From Desulfobacterales bacterium (lineage in GTDB: Bacteria > Desulfobacterota > Desulfobacteria > Desulfobacterales > JAIPEE01), in the NCBI GenBank assembly GCA_021737275.1, contig JAIPEE010000001.1:115686-179685 (forward strand): a stretch of DNA of 64,000 nucleotides. The letters run 5' to 3'. This document shows positions 20,531 through 30,717 of the stretch, one piece after another. Positions within the stretch are counted from its first letter, which is position 1; every line of letters begins with the position of its first letter. The translations under genes and the position numbers were made by a program. The notes under the pieces were generated by a model, which ran no database searches, was not told the DNA's origin, and saw nothing but the letters and a program-made list of their open reading frames with translations.

Positions 20531-20939
20531 TTCCAGTCTGAAGTCCGGCGGCTTTTTGTTCACTGATTAATTCATTCCAAAAACCTTTATGGATAGGGTG
20601 TACCTGTTTTACATCAACATTTACAATGAGATTGTCTGCTAACTCTTCGGTGTTAACCAGAAACATGGAATGTTTTTTGCGCCACTCTTTTCTTAACCAG
20701 GTTCTATGGATCATATCATAATCATTATTCCCACCAACCAGTATAAGCATCCGGGGGCCATACTGTGTTTTGACTTGCCAGTGGTGATAAATGGTCGGGA
20801 AACCATCATTGGCCGGGGCATATTTTTCTTCATACTCTTCTTCAAACAACTCTACAAATTCCGCAGCAAATGCAGATGGTAAAGAGATTAGAGCCAGGCT
20901 GATCAGAGAAAGAATAACTGTTTTTATAATTTTTATCAT
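20511..20939 (-). CDS. hypothetical secreted protein
   Basis: 142 aa. Signal peptide ...LPSAFA/AEF. No recognisable family. Confidence 0.4.
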   Translation of the reverse strand: MIKIIKTVILSLISLALISLPSAFAAEFVELFEEEYEEKYAPANDGFPTIYHHWQVKTQYGPRMLILVGGNNDYDMIHRTWLRKEWRKKHSMFLVNTEELADNLIVNVDVKQVHPIHKGFWNELISEQKAAGLQTGINQNEQ

Positions 20940-21184
20940 ATTTTGATACCAATAATGAAGTTAATGTTTTATATGTAATCGGCATTTTCTTAAAAATTCT
21001 TTATCAGATTTTGATAACTATTGAAAATTATATTCTTTATTTGTTATTGCAAAATTTAAATTAATTAGATAAAAAACTGATAATGTCACTATCAATGCTA
21101 TATTGCCCCCCGGGTTAGGTATCTTGGAATATTTTGATCGAACAGAGACCCATATGTCTAAAATAGTTTTGTTAGAGGATTGAT

Positions 21185-21667
21185 ATGAAATATAACGGCA
21201 ATCAGAAAAACATTAAAATATATATCGACAAGGAAGGTTTTTCTGCAATCACCTGCCCGGAATGCAATTTTGTTAAACGAGCGGATATCTCAAAGTTTAA
21301 AGGAATATCAAAACCACTTAAGGTTAAATGTAAATGTGGTGTAAACTTTACCTGTACAATCGAGTTCAGGCAGTTTTTTAGAAAAGCATCGAAGCTCGCC
21401 GGTGAATTTACGGTAGTAGGCAAGCGCTCTATAGTTCGTATACTTATTGAGGATGTTTCTCAACAGGGTCTTGGTTTTTCATTAATAGAACCCTGTGAAA
21501 TCGCTTTGGACGACTTACTTGATGTTACATTTACACTTGATAACCGCCACAGAACAGTTATCAGAAAACGGGTGATTATAAGGTCTATCCGGGAAAAATT
21601 TATTGGATGTGAGTATACGGAAAAAAGTGGATATGACAAGGAGCTAAGGTTTTACCTGATGCCTTAA
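21185..21667 (+). CDS. zinc-ribbon plus PilZ domain protein (putative c-di-GMP receptor)
   Basis: CPECN...CKCG ribbon, then RQFFR (RxxxR) and DVSQQG (DxSxxG). Confidence 0.6.
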   Translation: MKYNGNQKNIKIYIDKEGFSAITCPECNFVKRADISKFKGISKPLKVKCKCGVNFTCTIEFRQFFRKASKLAGEFTVVGKRSIVRILIEDVSQQGLGFSLIEPCEIALDDLLDVTFTLDNRHRTVIRKRVIIRSIREKFIGCEYTEKSGYDKELRFYLMP

Positions 21668-21719
21668 ATATCTATCTGAAAAAAAATTATCGTTTCCAAT
21701 CCCGCATCGACGGAATTTT

Positions 21720-22649
21720 TTATTTCAGGAAACGTTCAACACGTTTTTTTATTTCTCCAATCTGATTCATACCAACCCAGTTCATCTCTTTATCTGCCCT
21801 GAACCATGTAAATTGACGTTTTGCATATCTTCGGGTATCCCTTTTCATCAAGTCAACTGACTGATCCCAAGAATATTTTCCTGCAATAAAGTCCGCCATA
21901 TGTTTGTAGCCTATTGACTGCATTGATTTGAGCTCAGCGGAATAGCCCATTTCAATAAGACGCTTCACCTCATCGAGCAATCCTTCATCAATCATGATAT
22001 CCACGCGTTGATTAATTCGCTCATAAAGATCTACCCGATCCATATGAAGACCAATTTTCAAAACTTTGTATGGTTCATCGGAAAAAGCATGCGCCCTGTA
22101 AAGTTCAGCAGCCGTTTTTCCTGTTATTTCATAAATTTCAAGAGCCCGGGTAATTCTGTAAGTATCATTGATATGCAATTTAACAGCTGTTTCAGGATCG
22201 CACGCCTGAAGCCTTTTAAATAATTTTCCAGCCCCCTGTTCATCTGCCTCTTTTTTTAATTTCGCCCGAATTTGCTCATCTGCAGGTGCGCCCTCGAACA
22301 AACCATGTACCAGCGCTTTTATATAAAGCCCTGTTCCACCGACAAGAAACGGCACCTTGCCCTCTCCAGCCAGTTTATCTATGCACAGGCTTGCCATCTT
22401 GTTGAAACGGGCCGCATCAAACGGTTCATCCGGATCAGCAACATCTATCATATGATGGTGAATCCTTGCCTGCTCACCTGCTGTGGGCTTGGCCGTCCCA
22501 ATATCCATGTATCTGTAAACCTGCATGGAATCAGCGCCAATAATCTCACCATTGAAATATTCTGCCGCCTCAATACCTGCAGAAGTTTTGCCAATGCCGG
22601 TAGGGCCACAGATTACAATCAGATCAGGTTTTGTTTGCTGATTATTCAT
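21720..22649 (-). CDS. miaA: tRNA dimethylallyltransferase
   Basis: ICGPTGIGKTS P-loop and DSMQVYRYMDIGTAKP. 309 aa. Confidence 0.9.
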   Translation of the reverse strand: MNNQQTKPDLIVICGPTGIGKTSAGIEAAEYFNGEIIGADSMQVYRYMDIGTAKPTAGEQARIHHHMIDVADPDEPFDAARFNKMASLCIDKLAGEGKVPFLVGGTGLYIKALVHGLFEGAPADEQIRAKLKKEADEQGAGKLFKRLQACDPETAVKLHINDTYRITRALEIYEITGKTAAELYRAHAFSDEPYKVLKIGLHMDRVDLYERINQRVDIMIDEGLLDEVKRLIEMGYSAELKSMQSIGYKHMADFIAGKYSWDQSVDLMKRDTRRYAKRQFTWFRADKEMNWVGMNQIGEIKKRVERFLK

Positions 22650-22738
22650 AAAATCTTTTTCATATAAAATAATAAAAGCGGCAACCTTTTTTTAGGCTGC
22701 TATTTTCATTATTTATAAATGACTGAAACAATAACCAA

Positions 22739-22772
22739 TAAAAAAGGCTGTTCCGAAAAATCAGAACAGCCT
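22739..22772 (-). terminator. rho-independent terminator after the rubrerythrin-like/flx-hdr unit
   Basis: The minus strand has AGGCTGTTC (22772-22764) ... GAACAGCCT (22753-22745), followed by TTTTTT. Confidence 0.6.
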
Positions 22773-22820
22773 AATCATTATATTTAATATACCTTACCGT
22801 ATCACAGCAGAGAATGGATT

Positions 22821-23291
22821 TTATAACATTTCATTTAATTGCCGCAAGTGACTTCTCTCTTCTTCAATACACTGGACGATAAATTTCTTTTCACTTTCCG
22901 GAACAAATTCACGCATTTCCATGAAGAACAGGATAGATTCCTTTTCAAAACCCATGGCCATGCGAATAGCATTTTTACGAGTTTTAATCAGATCTTTCAT
23001 CTCATCCAGATCACCATCCCGAAAAAGCGGATGTGAATCAACAAGTGCATTCAGATAGCTCAGGAACTCTTCTTCATTTGACCTTGCCGGCATTTCTACT
23101 TTGCCCAGCCTTTCATAAAGTTTTTCAAACAGTGCTTTATGTTTCACCTCTTCACGGGCAAGATGCTCAAATGCCTTACGGGTAGTTGAATCCTCTGCCT
23201 GATCAGCCAGATACAGATAAAATTTTTCGCCGCGCTTTTCAATCTCTACGGCAGCCAGTACTATATCATTTGCCTTGAATAAATCGGCCAT
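22821..23291 (-). CDS. rubrerythrin/ferritin-like diiron four-helix-bundle protein
   Basis: Repeated E...ExxH-type helices (EIEKRGEKFY, AREEVKHKALFE, EKESILFFMEM, EEERSHLRQL). Confidence 0.6.
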   Translation of the reverse strand: MADLFKANDIVLAAVEIEKRGEKFYLYLADQAEDSTTRKAFEHLAREEVKHKALFEKLYERLGKVEMPARSNEEEFLSYLNALVDSHPLFRDGDLDEMKDLIKTRKNAIRMAMGFEKESILFFMEMREFVPESEKKFIVQCIEEERSHLRQLNEML

Positions 23292-23309
23292 ATTTTCCTC
23301 CCCTGATTA

Positions 23310-24143
23310 TTAAAGTTCGTTTGGCAACTGTTTTAACTGTTCATACGTATATGCCGGGCCATCCTTACAAACATAACTACCACCGATATTACAACGGCCG
23401 CAAATGCCAACACCGCATTTCATGCGCTTTTCAAGAGTTGTAACAATCTGGTTATCTTCAAAACCCAGTTTTTTTAACGCCTGAAGTGTAAATTTAATCA
23501 TAATCGGTGGACCACAAGTAACAGCCACACAGTTTTCCGGAGATGGATTCATTTCCAAAAGCACATTAGGAATTAGGCCGACCCTATGTTTCCAATCGGG
23601 AAACTCTACATCAATGGTGAGGGTTGTATCCAGATCTTTACGGGAAAACCATTCATCCAGTTCATAGCTGTAAGCCATATCATTAGGTGATCGGGCGCCG
23701 TAAAGAAGTGAAATATTACCATAGTCTTTACGATTATCCAGCATATAGAGCAAAAGTGTCCGAAGGGGGGCCATACCAATACCACCACCAACAAAAATAA
23801 TATCCTTGCCCTTCATATCTTCATACGGAAAACATTTGCCAAGAGGTGCGCGAACACCAATCTGATCTCCTGCTTCCAGTGAATGCAGCTTGGTGGTTAC
23901 TTCACCTGTCCGCATAACGCTGAACTGAAGATAGTCCATACGAGTCGGGGGTGAATTGATAACAAAAGTTGATTCTCCGACACCAAAGACGGATAGCTGA
24001 CCTACCTGACCCGGCTCAAAAGTAAAATTTTTCATTTTTTCCGTGTCGTTAAGCGTCACACGAAAGGTTTTAATATTGTGTGTCTCTTCAATGACCTCAT
24101 TAATTGTGGCCATTTCAGGCAGATACGGATTATTCATTGACAT
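23310..24143 (-). CDS. flxA: FlxA-type FAD/NAD(P)H-binding oxidoreductase with C-terminal 2Fe-2S site
   Basis: PyrK/AsrB-like fold: RMDYLQFSV, FVGGGIGMAPL and a C-terminal CGVGICGRCN cluster. The ORF track starts at 24233, inside flxB. I prefer ATG 24143, 7 nt after AGGAG; ATG 24149 and 24137 are also possible. Confidence 0.7.
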   Translation of the reverse strand: MSMNNPYLPEMATINEVIEETHNIKTFRVTLNDTEKMKNFTFEPGQVGQLSVFGVGESTFVINSPPTRMDYLQFSVMRTGEVTTKLHSLEAGDQIGVRAPLGKCFPYEDMKGKDIIFVGGGIGMAPLRTLLLYMLDNRKDYGNISLLYGARSPNDMAYSYELDEWFSRKDLDTTLTIDVEFPDWKHRVGLIPNVLLEMNPSPENCVAVTCGPPIMIKFTLQALKKLGFEDNQIVTTLEKRMKCGVGICGRCNIGGSYVCKDGPAYTYEQLKQLPNEL

Positions 24144-25215
24144 CTTCATACTCCTGTGCCGATTTAACGATTTCACGGATATCAACAGCAGCGGGACAAC
24201 TCTTGATACAACGTCCGCAGCCGCAGCAGGCAATCACCTTGTCGTGCAGCGATGGGTAATAGCTGAATTTATGCCCCACTCTGTTTTTCAGTCGATTCGC
24301 TTTACTGGTTCTGGGGTTGTGACCACTGGCCTCCATGGTAAACATATTGGACATACATGTATCCCATGTCCGTATCCGTTTACCTGATTTCCCGGCGGTT
24401 TCATCTGTGATATTGAAACAGTAGCAGGTGGGACAAAGATATGTACATGTCCCGCAGCTGATGCACTTGGCCGACATATCAAACCAGAATTCATCATTAT
24501 CAAAAAGTTCAATCAGTTTTTCACGGGCAATACTAAAGTCATCCGCATCGCCGAGCAGCTCCATTGATTTCTGAATAACAGCTTCAGCCTCTCCGGCCTT
24601 ATCGGCGCCGGATGTCAAAAGATCCGACTGCAACAGTTCTGCACCATGCTCTGTAACCGCTTCTGCAACATATCCGCCATCCACCGGTATCAAGATTACA
24701 TCTGATCCGGTTGTATCTGCAGGTCCACCGCCAACACTGGTACAAAAGCAGGTGGTTTCCGGTGCAGCACAGGCAATTGATACAAACAGGGTATTGTCAC
24801 GACGCCCAATAAAGTAGGGGTCCTTTACGTCTTCCGTTTCATATACCCGGGTAAAAATTGATTTGCCACGGGCACCACAGGGTCTGGAGCCGAAAACAAC
24901 GACTTTTTCTTCCGGCAGTGTTTCGGTCAGTTCAAGTTTGGGCTGTGCGTCACTATCGCCCTCGCCGTCTCCTTCTGTTTTTGCAACCGGGGCCTGCTTA
25001 AAGGTCATCAGGGTTTCAGTGCGGGGGAAAGTCGCATCCTTTGGAGAAATCGTAGGCATGCGTGTAAGTTCCAGTCTGCAGTCCTTTCTATAAGGACGAT
25101 ATATGACGGCATCCCCTTCACAAACCGGCACAAGTACCTTACGACCTCCTGCCAGTCCCTCAATAAAAGGGATCACGGATTCATTTTTTAAAAATTTCTT
25201 TTCGCTCATTACCAT
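24130..25215 (-). CDS. flxB: FlxB-type iron-sulfur protein (AsrA / hydrogenase-beta-like)
   Basis: CISCGTCTYLCPTCYCF and CCGCGRCIKSCP ferredoxin motifs. The position matches flxB of hdrCBA-flxDCBA. Confidence 0.65.
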   Translation of the reverse strand: MVMSEKKFLKNESVIPFIEGLAGGRKVLVPVCEGDAVIYRPYRKDCRLELTRMPTISPKDATFPRTETLMTFKQAPVAKTEGDGEGDSDAQPKLELTETLPEEKVVVFGSRPCGARGKSIFTRVYETEDVKDPYFIGRRDNTLFVSIACAAPETTCFCTSVGGGPADTTGSDVILIPVDGGYVAEAVTEHGAELLQSDLLTSGADKAGEAEAVIQKSMELLGDADDFSIAREKLIELFDNDEFWFDMSAKCISCGTCTYLCPTCYCFNITDETAGKSGKRIRTWDTCMSNMFTMEASGHNPRTSKANRLKNRVGHKFSYYPSLHDKVIACCGCGRCIKSCPAAVDIREIVKSAQEYEDVNE

Positions 25216-26168
25216 TCCCTCTCAGGTATGTTGTCTTCTTCCACCTTGAATGTCAAAAGTGGCGGTTTGCCCTGCGGGTCAATTCCGGCTTCGTATTCAA
25301 AAACGTCCCGAACGCCCTTGTTCATTTGTCTTCTGAGCAGCATCAGGGGGATATCCATGGGGCATGCTCGTTCACATTCGCCACATTCAACACAACGTCC
25401 GGTCAGATGCATGACGTGGATCATCTGAAACATCCAGTTATCCGCCGTATCATTTTCCTGGCTGATCCAGTGGGGATCTCTGGTCACAGCCACACAGTGA
25501 TCTCTACAGACACACATGGGACATGCATTACGGCAGGCATAACACCGGACACACCGGCTCATCTCCTGCTTCCAGAATGCAAACCGATCTTCCAGAGACA
25601 TTTTTTCAAATTCAGCATCGGATATGTGTTCCGGTTCAATACCATTTTGCCGATCGTCGGGCGTACCGATAAAATGATCAAAAAGCAATGCATTTGGATA
25701 TTTGCAGGTATCACATTTGTCCATCCGCACTTCAGAAAACTTAAGCTGATGGTCGGTTTCACCGGCAGTGATCGTAATAATGCCGCTGTCGAAAACCACC
25801 TTCCGAATCTGCCCCAGATCACCTATTTTTTTTCGGATCTTGTTCAGGTTGACAACACCGTCACATTTCAGACCAAAAATGGTTATATTATCCTTATTGA
25901 TCAGCTTTTCCTGCAACAACTCAATAACTGCCCGACTGTCGCATCCCTTAACCACAATACCCACCTTCTTGTCTTTAAGGCCCGGCAGATAAGTTGCCAG
26001 GTTATGGGCACACAGAGGGCCGATTATCAAGCGCTCAACATCTTCAGGTTTTCTTATAAATAAAGGAGTAGCATTCAGGGCATCATATCCCTGTTCCCAG
26101 CCGATAACCACATCCAGCTCCGGCAATGCTCCCAAAATTTTTGTTTTCAGTTCTTCAAGGCCTGTCAC
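25209..26168 (-). CDS. flxC: FlxC-type 4Fe-4S protein
   Basis: CVRCYACRNACPMCVC and CVECGECERACP motifs. Confidence 0.65.
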   Translation of the reverse strand: MTGLEELKTKILGALPELDVVIGWEQGYDALNATPLFIRKPEDVERLIIGPLCAHNLATYLPGLKDKKVGIVVKGCDSRAVIELLQEKLINKDNITIFGLKCDGVVNLNKIRKKIGDLGQIRKVVFDSGIITITAGETDHQLKFSEVRMDKCDTCKYPNALLFDHFIGTPDDRQNGIEPEHISDAEFEKMSLEDRFAFWKQEMSRCVRCYACRNACPMCVCRDHCVAVTRDPHWISQENDTADNWMFQMIHVMHLTGRCVECGECERACPMDIPLMLLRRQMNKGVRDVFEYEAGIDPQGKPPLLTFKVEEDNIPEREW

Positions 26169-26195
26169 CTTGTCCTCCTTACGTTATGGGCTATA

Positions 26196-26690
26196 CTATT
26201 TATGACAACCGCATCCGGAACCTGCTTCTACCTGGCTCTGAAGTTTGGCCATTTCCGCATCAGTGAGCGGTGCTGCGAGCAATGGGGATGGCCCCAGTTT
26301 GTGAATACGGTCAGTAAAAGTTTGTACAACATGCTGCCACCTGGGCGCTTCCGAAGCAGAAACCCAAGTATATTCAAACCGATCCGGATCAATTCCGGTG
26401 ACCGGCAAAAACCGTTTCAGCAATTCAAGGCGACGCCGGGCATAGTAGTTTCCTTCAGCATAGTGACAATCCCTGGGATGACACCCGGAAACCAGCACGC
26501 CATCCGCTCCACCCTGAAAGGCTTTCAAAATAAAGAGAGGATCGATTCGGCCTGAGCAGGGAACCTTAATAATTCTCAAATCCGTCGGTTGCTGAAACCG
26601 TCCCACACCGGCAGTATCTGCACCGGCATAGGAACACCAGTTACATAAAAATCCAATTATTCTTAGCTCTTTTCCATCATAGACGGGCAT
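26196..26690 (-). CDS. flxD: MvhD-like (methyl-viologen-reducing hydrogenase delta subunit family) protein, FlxD
   Basis: IIGFLCNWCSYAGADTAG...KVPCSGRIDP is the MvhD signature. 28-nt overlap with hdrA. The stop is TAG, with TAA 3 codons later. Confidence 0.8.
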   Translation of the reverse strand: MPVYDGKELRIIGFLCNWCSYAGADTAGVGRFQQPTDLRIIKVPCSGRIDPLFILKAFQGGADGVLVSGCHPRDCHYAEGNYYARRRLELLKRFLPVTGIDPDRFEYTWVSASEAPRWQHVVQTFTDRIHKLGPSPLLAAPLTDAEMAKLQSQVEAGSGCGCHK

Positions 26691-28639
26691 AAAGCTTTTA
26701 CCTCCGAAAGTATTTGATTATCCGTAAAATGCTGCAGCTGAATAGCTGACTGCGGGCAGGTTACCGAACACAGGCCACAACCCTGGCAGATGGTTTCAAT
26801 AACTTCTGCCTTGGCATTGCCAAAACGATCTTCGATTTCCTTAATCGCACCAAACGGACAGGTTTCGACACATTTATAACACCCGATACACCGGGCAGCA
26901 TTTACCAAAGCAGTCTGAGGATCTGATTCAAGCTGATCCTTGGAAAACAGGGCCAGAACTTTAGCGGCTGCAGCACTTCCCTGTCCTACTGAAGCCGGAA
27001 TATCTTTGGGGCCCTGACAGGCACCTGCCAGATAAACGCCGGCCGTATTGGTTTCTACCGGTTTCAGCTTGGGATGGCTCTCCATGTAAAAACCATACGT
27101 GTCATAAGATATTCTCAGTGTTTCAGCCAATTGCGGTGCACCAACAGCTGATTCTGCACCAACAGCCAGAACCACCAGATCGGCTTCCACTTCAACCTGT
27201 GAACCGGCAAGCGTATCAGCACCCCGGACAATAAGTTTATCACCTACCGGGTATACCATGGCGACACGACCCCTTATATACTCGGTTCCATACTCTTCGA
27301 TGCCCCGGCGGACAAACTCATCATAGGACTTACCCGGTGAACGGATGTCCATATAAAATACATAGGACTGTGAATCCGGGATATGATCCTTGGTCAAAAT
27401 AGCCTGTTTTGCTGTATACATACAACAGAATCCGGAGCAGTAGGGTCGGTTGACGGATTTGTCACGAGATCCCACGCACTGGATAAATACTATATTTTTA
27501 GGTTCCTTGCCATCAGAGGGGCGCTTGATATGACCGGTAGTGGGGCCTGAGGCACTCATTAATCGCTCATATTGCATAGAGGTAATCACATCCGGATATT
27601 TTCCTGCACCATACTCGGCATACTTTTTGAAATCAAACAGATCATAACCGGTCGCCGTAATAATGGCACCCACATTTTCAGTTATTATTTCATCTTTCAT
27701 CTCAAAATCGATAGCTTTGGTGGGGCATATTTTAGCACAGACACCACATTTCCCCTTTGTAAACTTCCGGCAGAAATCTGCATCGATCTTGGCCTTTTTC
27801 GGAATGGCCTGGGGAAACGGAATATTGATGGCTGTTGTAGTACCAATTCCTTCATTAAAATAGTCAAAAGACTTTTTGCTGGGACATTTTTCCATACACA
27901 GGCCGCAGCCGGTGCACTTTTCCCAATCAACAAAAGTTGCTTTTTTCTTAACCTTGATCTCAAAGTTACCCACATATCCACCCACCTCTTCAATTTCTGA
28001 ATAGGTATGAAGGGTAATGTTGGGATTCTGTGCAACGTCCACCATTTTAGGTCCCAGAACACAGCTTGAGCAGTCAACGGTTGGAAAGGTTTTATCCAGC
28101 TTCGCCATTTTGCCGCCGATACTGGTCGTTTTTTCAACCAGCACCACCTCCAGGCCGCCATCAGCACAATCAAGGGCTGCCTGAATGCCGGCTACGCCAC
28201 CACCGATAATAAGCACACGCTTATTGATATCAAATTTCTTGGATATCAACGGTTTGTCACGGCGGAGTTTTTCTGCCGCGATCATAACCAGATCAATCGC
28301 TTTGTTGGTGTTAAGTTCCTTATCCTTACCAACCCAGGATACATGCTCCCGGATATTAGCCATTTCGAACATATACTTGTTCAACCCGGCACGTTCTACG
28401 GCACGGCGGAAAGTAGGCTCATGCATACGCGGTGAGCAGGAAGCGACGACTACGCCTGTAAGCTTATGTTCCTTGACCGCCTCAATAATACCCTGCTGGC
28501 CCGGCTCTGAGCAGGCATACATCGTATCATCGGAATATACCACATCCGGGAAATCCTTTGCAGCGGCGGCCACTTTTTCACAATCCACGGTCCCCGCAAT
28601 ATTACTGCCGCAATGGCAGACAAATACACCTATTCTCAT
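26663..28639 (-). CDS. hdrA: heterodisulfide reductase subunit A-like flavoprotein
   Basis: 658 aa. VLIIGGGVAGIQAALDCADGG FAD-binding site plus several CxxCxxCxxxCP ferredoxin motifs. No in-frame TGA, so there is no Sec in this copy. Confidence 0.85.
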   Translation of the reverse strand: MRIGVFVCHCGSNIAGTVDCEKVAAAAKDFPDVVYSDDTMYACSEPGQQGIIEAVKEHKLTGVVVASCSPRMHEPTFRRAVERAGLNKYMFEMANIREHVSWVGKDKELNTNKAIDLVMIAAEKLRRDKPLISKKFDINKRVLIIGGGVAGIQAALDCADGGLEVVLVEKTTSIGGKMAKLDKTFPTVDCSSCVLGPKMVDVAQNPNITLHTYSEIEEVGGYVGNFEIKVKKKATFVDWEKCTGCGLCMEKCPSKKSFDYFNEGIGTTTAINIPFPQAIPKKAKIDADFCRKFTKGKCGVCAKICPTKAIDFEMKDEIITENVGAIITATGYDLFDFKKYAEYGAGKYPDVITSMQYERLMSASGPTTGHIKRPSDGKEPKNIVFIQCVGSRDKSVNRPYCSGFCCMYTAKQAILTKDHIPDSQSYVFYMDIRSPGKSYDEFVRRGIEEYGTEYIRGRVAMVYPVGDKLIVRGADTLAGSQVEVEADLVVLAVGAESAVGAPQLAETLRISYDTYGFYMESHPKLKPVETNTAGVYLAGACQGPKDIPASVGQGSAAAAKVLALFSKDQLESDPQTALVNAARCIGCYKCVETCPFGAIKEIEDRFGNAKAEVIETICQGCGLCSVTCPQSAIQLQHFTDNQILSEVKALCPSMMEKS

Positions 28640-28702
28640 CAGGATCTCTCCCTTAATATAATAAATAAAATGTTTTCAGTTATCTGTTGCATTTTGCACT
28701 CC

Positions 28703-29629
28703 TTACTTTTCGGCAGCCTCTTCCGTCACCTTTTCTACAGGCTTTTCAACAACCTTGCCAATCCTGGCAAGCGCTGTTTTTGGGCTGACAATCAACTTGT
28801 TAAGGCCCTGAATCCTGTAAGAGAGATCAAAGGCTTTTGCCATAAGCTGCGTAAAGTAAAAAACGGGGATATTATAATTGGTGCCGTTATCAGTGTTGAT
28901 CTGGCTCTGTCTCATATCCAGATTCATCTGACATAAAGGGCAGGCGGTTACCACTGCATCAACACCCAGTGATTCCGCAACCTCCAGAAGTTTTCCGGAA
29001 AGTTTGGAAACAATATCTCTCCGGGTAATGCCGTAAGATGCACCACAGCACTCCACTTTAAGGGGATACGGTATTACCTCGGCACCAAGCGCTTCCATCA
29101 GATGATCCATTGCCATAGGATGTTCAGGATCATCAAAATCCATAACTTCCGGCGGCCGGTTCATAATACAACCATAGTAGCAGGCAACCCTAAGTCCTTC
29201 CAACGGCTTTTTAACGCGTGCAGCAACAGCCTCGGTTCCTACGTTTTCATACAGAATCTGCAAAACGGATTTGGCCTCTACGTCATCCTCATAAGGAATA
29301 TCCAGCAGCGCATTGGTTTCAGCACGAAAGGATTCCTTGTGCATTTTGTGTTCGGCAACCTTCAGGTTTGTCAGACAGCTCGGACAAGGCGTCGTTACCT
29401 CGTTAAAACCCATTTTTGAAACAAGTGCCAGGTTCCGTGCAGAAAGGGCACAGGAAAGAACATGGTTAACCGTATGAGCCGGCGTAGATCCGCAACAGTT
29501 CCAGTCCGGGATTTCCACCAGATCAACGCCAAGTGCTTCGCAAATACCTAAGGTGGATAGATCATACTCTTTGGATGTGCCCTTGCCGGAACATCCCGGG
29601 TAATAGGGAATGGTCATTTGTGTAGTCAT
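28703..29629 (-). CDS. hdrB: heterodisulfide reductase subunit B (two CCG domains)
   Basis: Two CCG-domain motifs (WNCCGS..., ECCGAS...) with CPSC and CPLC. Confidence 0.85.
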   Translation of the reverse strand: MTTQMTIPYYPGCSGKGTSKEYDLSTLGICEALGVDLVEIPDWNCCGSTPAHTVNHVLSCALSARNLALVSKMGFNEVTTPCPSCLTNLKVAEHKMHKESFRAETNALLDIPYEDDVEAKSVLQILYENVGTEAVAARVKKPLEGLRVACYYGCIMNRPPEVMDFDDPEHPMAMDHLMEALGAEVIPYPLKVECCGASYGITRRDIVSKLSGKLLEVAESLGVDAVVTACPLCQMNLDMRQSQINTDNGTNYNIPVFYFTQLMAKAFDLSYRIQGLNKLIVSPKTALARIGKVVEKPVEKVTEEAAEK

Positions 29630-30219
29630 TTTCGCTGTCCCTCCCTGAACCGCTTGAAAATTTCAGCAATTTTGCCCCGCCCTTGAATCGGGTGGGGTTT
29701 AAAGGGCAGTTTTCCCTTAGGTAAAACCTTGGGGGCCAGATCCATATCGGTCCAGAAACGCCCTGTCTTTTTGACATAATTTGTCATGAGTCCCATTTCA
29801 AATACACGCCCATATTTTTCGACGGATTCAAGGAAGGTATCAACAAAGATTTTAACATTTTTCTCAGTTGCATATCCCTGTTCCCTGGCCATATGCCGCA
29901 GATGATCCATAACACCGGCAACATCAATATTATTCGGGCACCGGGTTGTACAGGACTGGCAGGTGGCGCAAAGCCATAAGGATCGGCATTTGAGAACGGT
30001 ATCACGCTGTCCAAGCTGAATCAGACGCATAATTTGGTTCACCGGAATGTCATAAGCAAACGTATAAGGACATCCGGCTGTACAGTTACCGCACTGGTAG
30101 CACTGGCTCATTATCTGGCCACTGCGCTCCTCAACTTCGGCGGTGAAGGCGGCATCAACAGATGCTATCTTGTATGTATTCATACCACTCACTACCTCTT
30201 TTTTATTAGATAAAAGCAT
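29626..30219 (-). CDS. hdrC: heterodisulfide reductase subunit C
   Basis: CYQCGNCTAGCP and CATCQSCTTRCP motifs. 4-nt overlap with hdrB. The start may be the internal MNTYK (30183). Confidence 0.8.
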   Translation of the reverse strand: MLLSNKKEVVSGMNTYKIASVDAAFTAEVEERSGQIMSQCYQCGNCTAGCPYTFAYDIPVNQIMRLIQLGQRDTVLKCRSLWLCATCQSCTTRCPNNIDVAGVMDHLRHMAREQGYATEKNVKIFVDTFLESVEKYGRVFEMGLMTNYVKKTGRFWTDMDLAPKVLPKGKLPFKPHPIQGRGKIAEIFKRFREGQRK

Positions 30220-30638
30220 ATAATACCCTCTGGTACATATTTTAAACGGTCGGTAAAAAACGACAGTAATCGGGCATAAAACACCCGTTAAAACAAAAAC
30301 TTAACACCAAACGATTTATAGTTTATATGAGTTCTGGTTACCGGAGATTATATTTGTAACCCGCCGAAAAAAATCCAGAAAGTCAGCAAAATCGATTTGT
30401 GTGGTTTTCCAGGTCCCAACCATTTTTGAAAAAAACCAGCTCCCCCATTAAAAAATATGAGCGGTAATGTCAAGACCTAAAAGCATTTTTCAATAATTTT
30501 CAAATCAGTTATGGTATGAGTCAAAACTTTATAAAGAGATCCGCAATCAATTGCATTTTTTCAAAGAAAGTCATGATAAACATACGAGGTTCCCTAATAT
30601 ACTTTAACTATAAGAATATATTGTATATTTAAATGATG

Positions 30639-30690
30639 GCGCTTTGAAACGAAAAAAGCGCCCAAACAAAAAAAGGCGCTTTTTAATTTT
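30639..30690. terminator. bidirectional terminator region with three GCGCC/GGCGC arms
   Basis: ggcgcttt (30639-46), aaagcgcc (30655-62) and ggcgcttttt (30675-84) can form alternative hairpins flanked by A- and T-runs on both strands. The region lies just downstream of the usp gene. Confidence 0.55.
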
Positions 30691-30717
30691 TGCTGCTGTT
30701 ATCGAAAAAAAATTATT

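Noticed and set aside
25326-26063. Long antisense ORFs inside well-supported genes. Examples: 25326..26063 (245 aa), 52130..52795 (221 aa), 51370..51954, 52988..53521, 30886..31407, 27697..28173, 47946..48392 and 54202..54618.
   Set aside because: Their low-complexity or odd-composition translations have no recognisable motifs. Each lies entirely opposite or overlapping a CDS with clear family signatures, so they are shadow ORFs.
26663-28639. Selenocysteine (in-frame TGA) in hdrA or flxD, as occurs in some sulfate reducers and methanogens.
   Set aside because: Both ORFs are uninterrupted, and no same-frame ORF pairs split by TGA were seen in the hdr-flx region.
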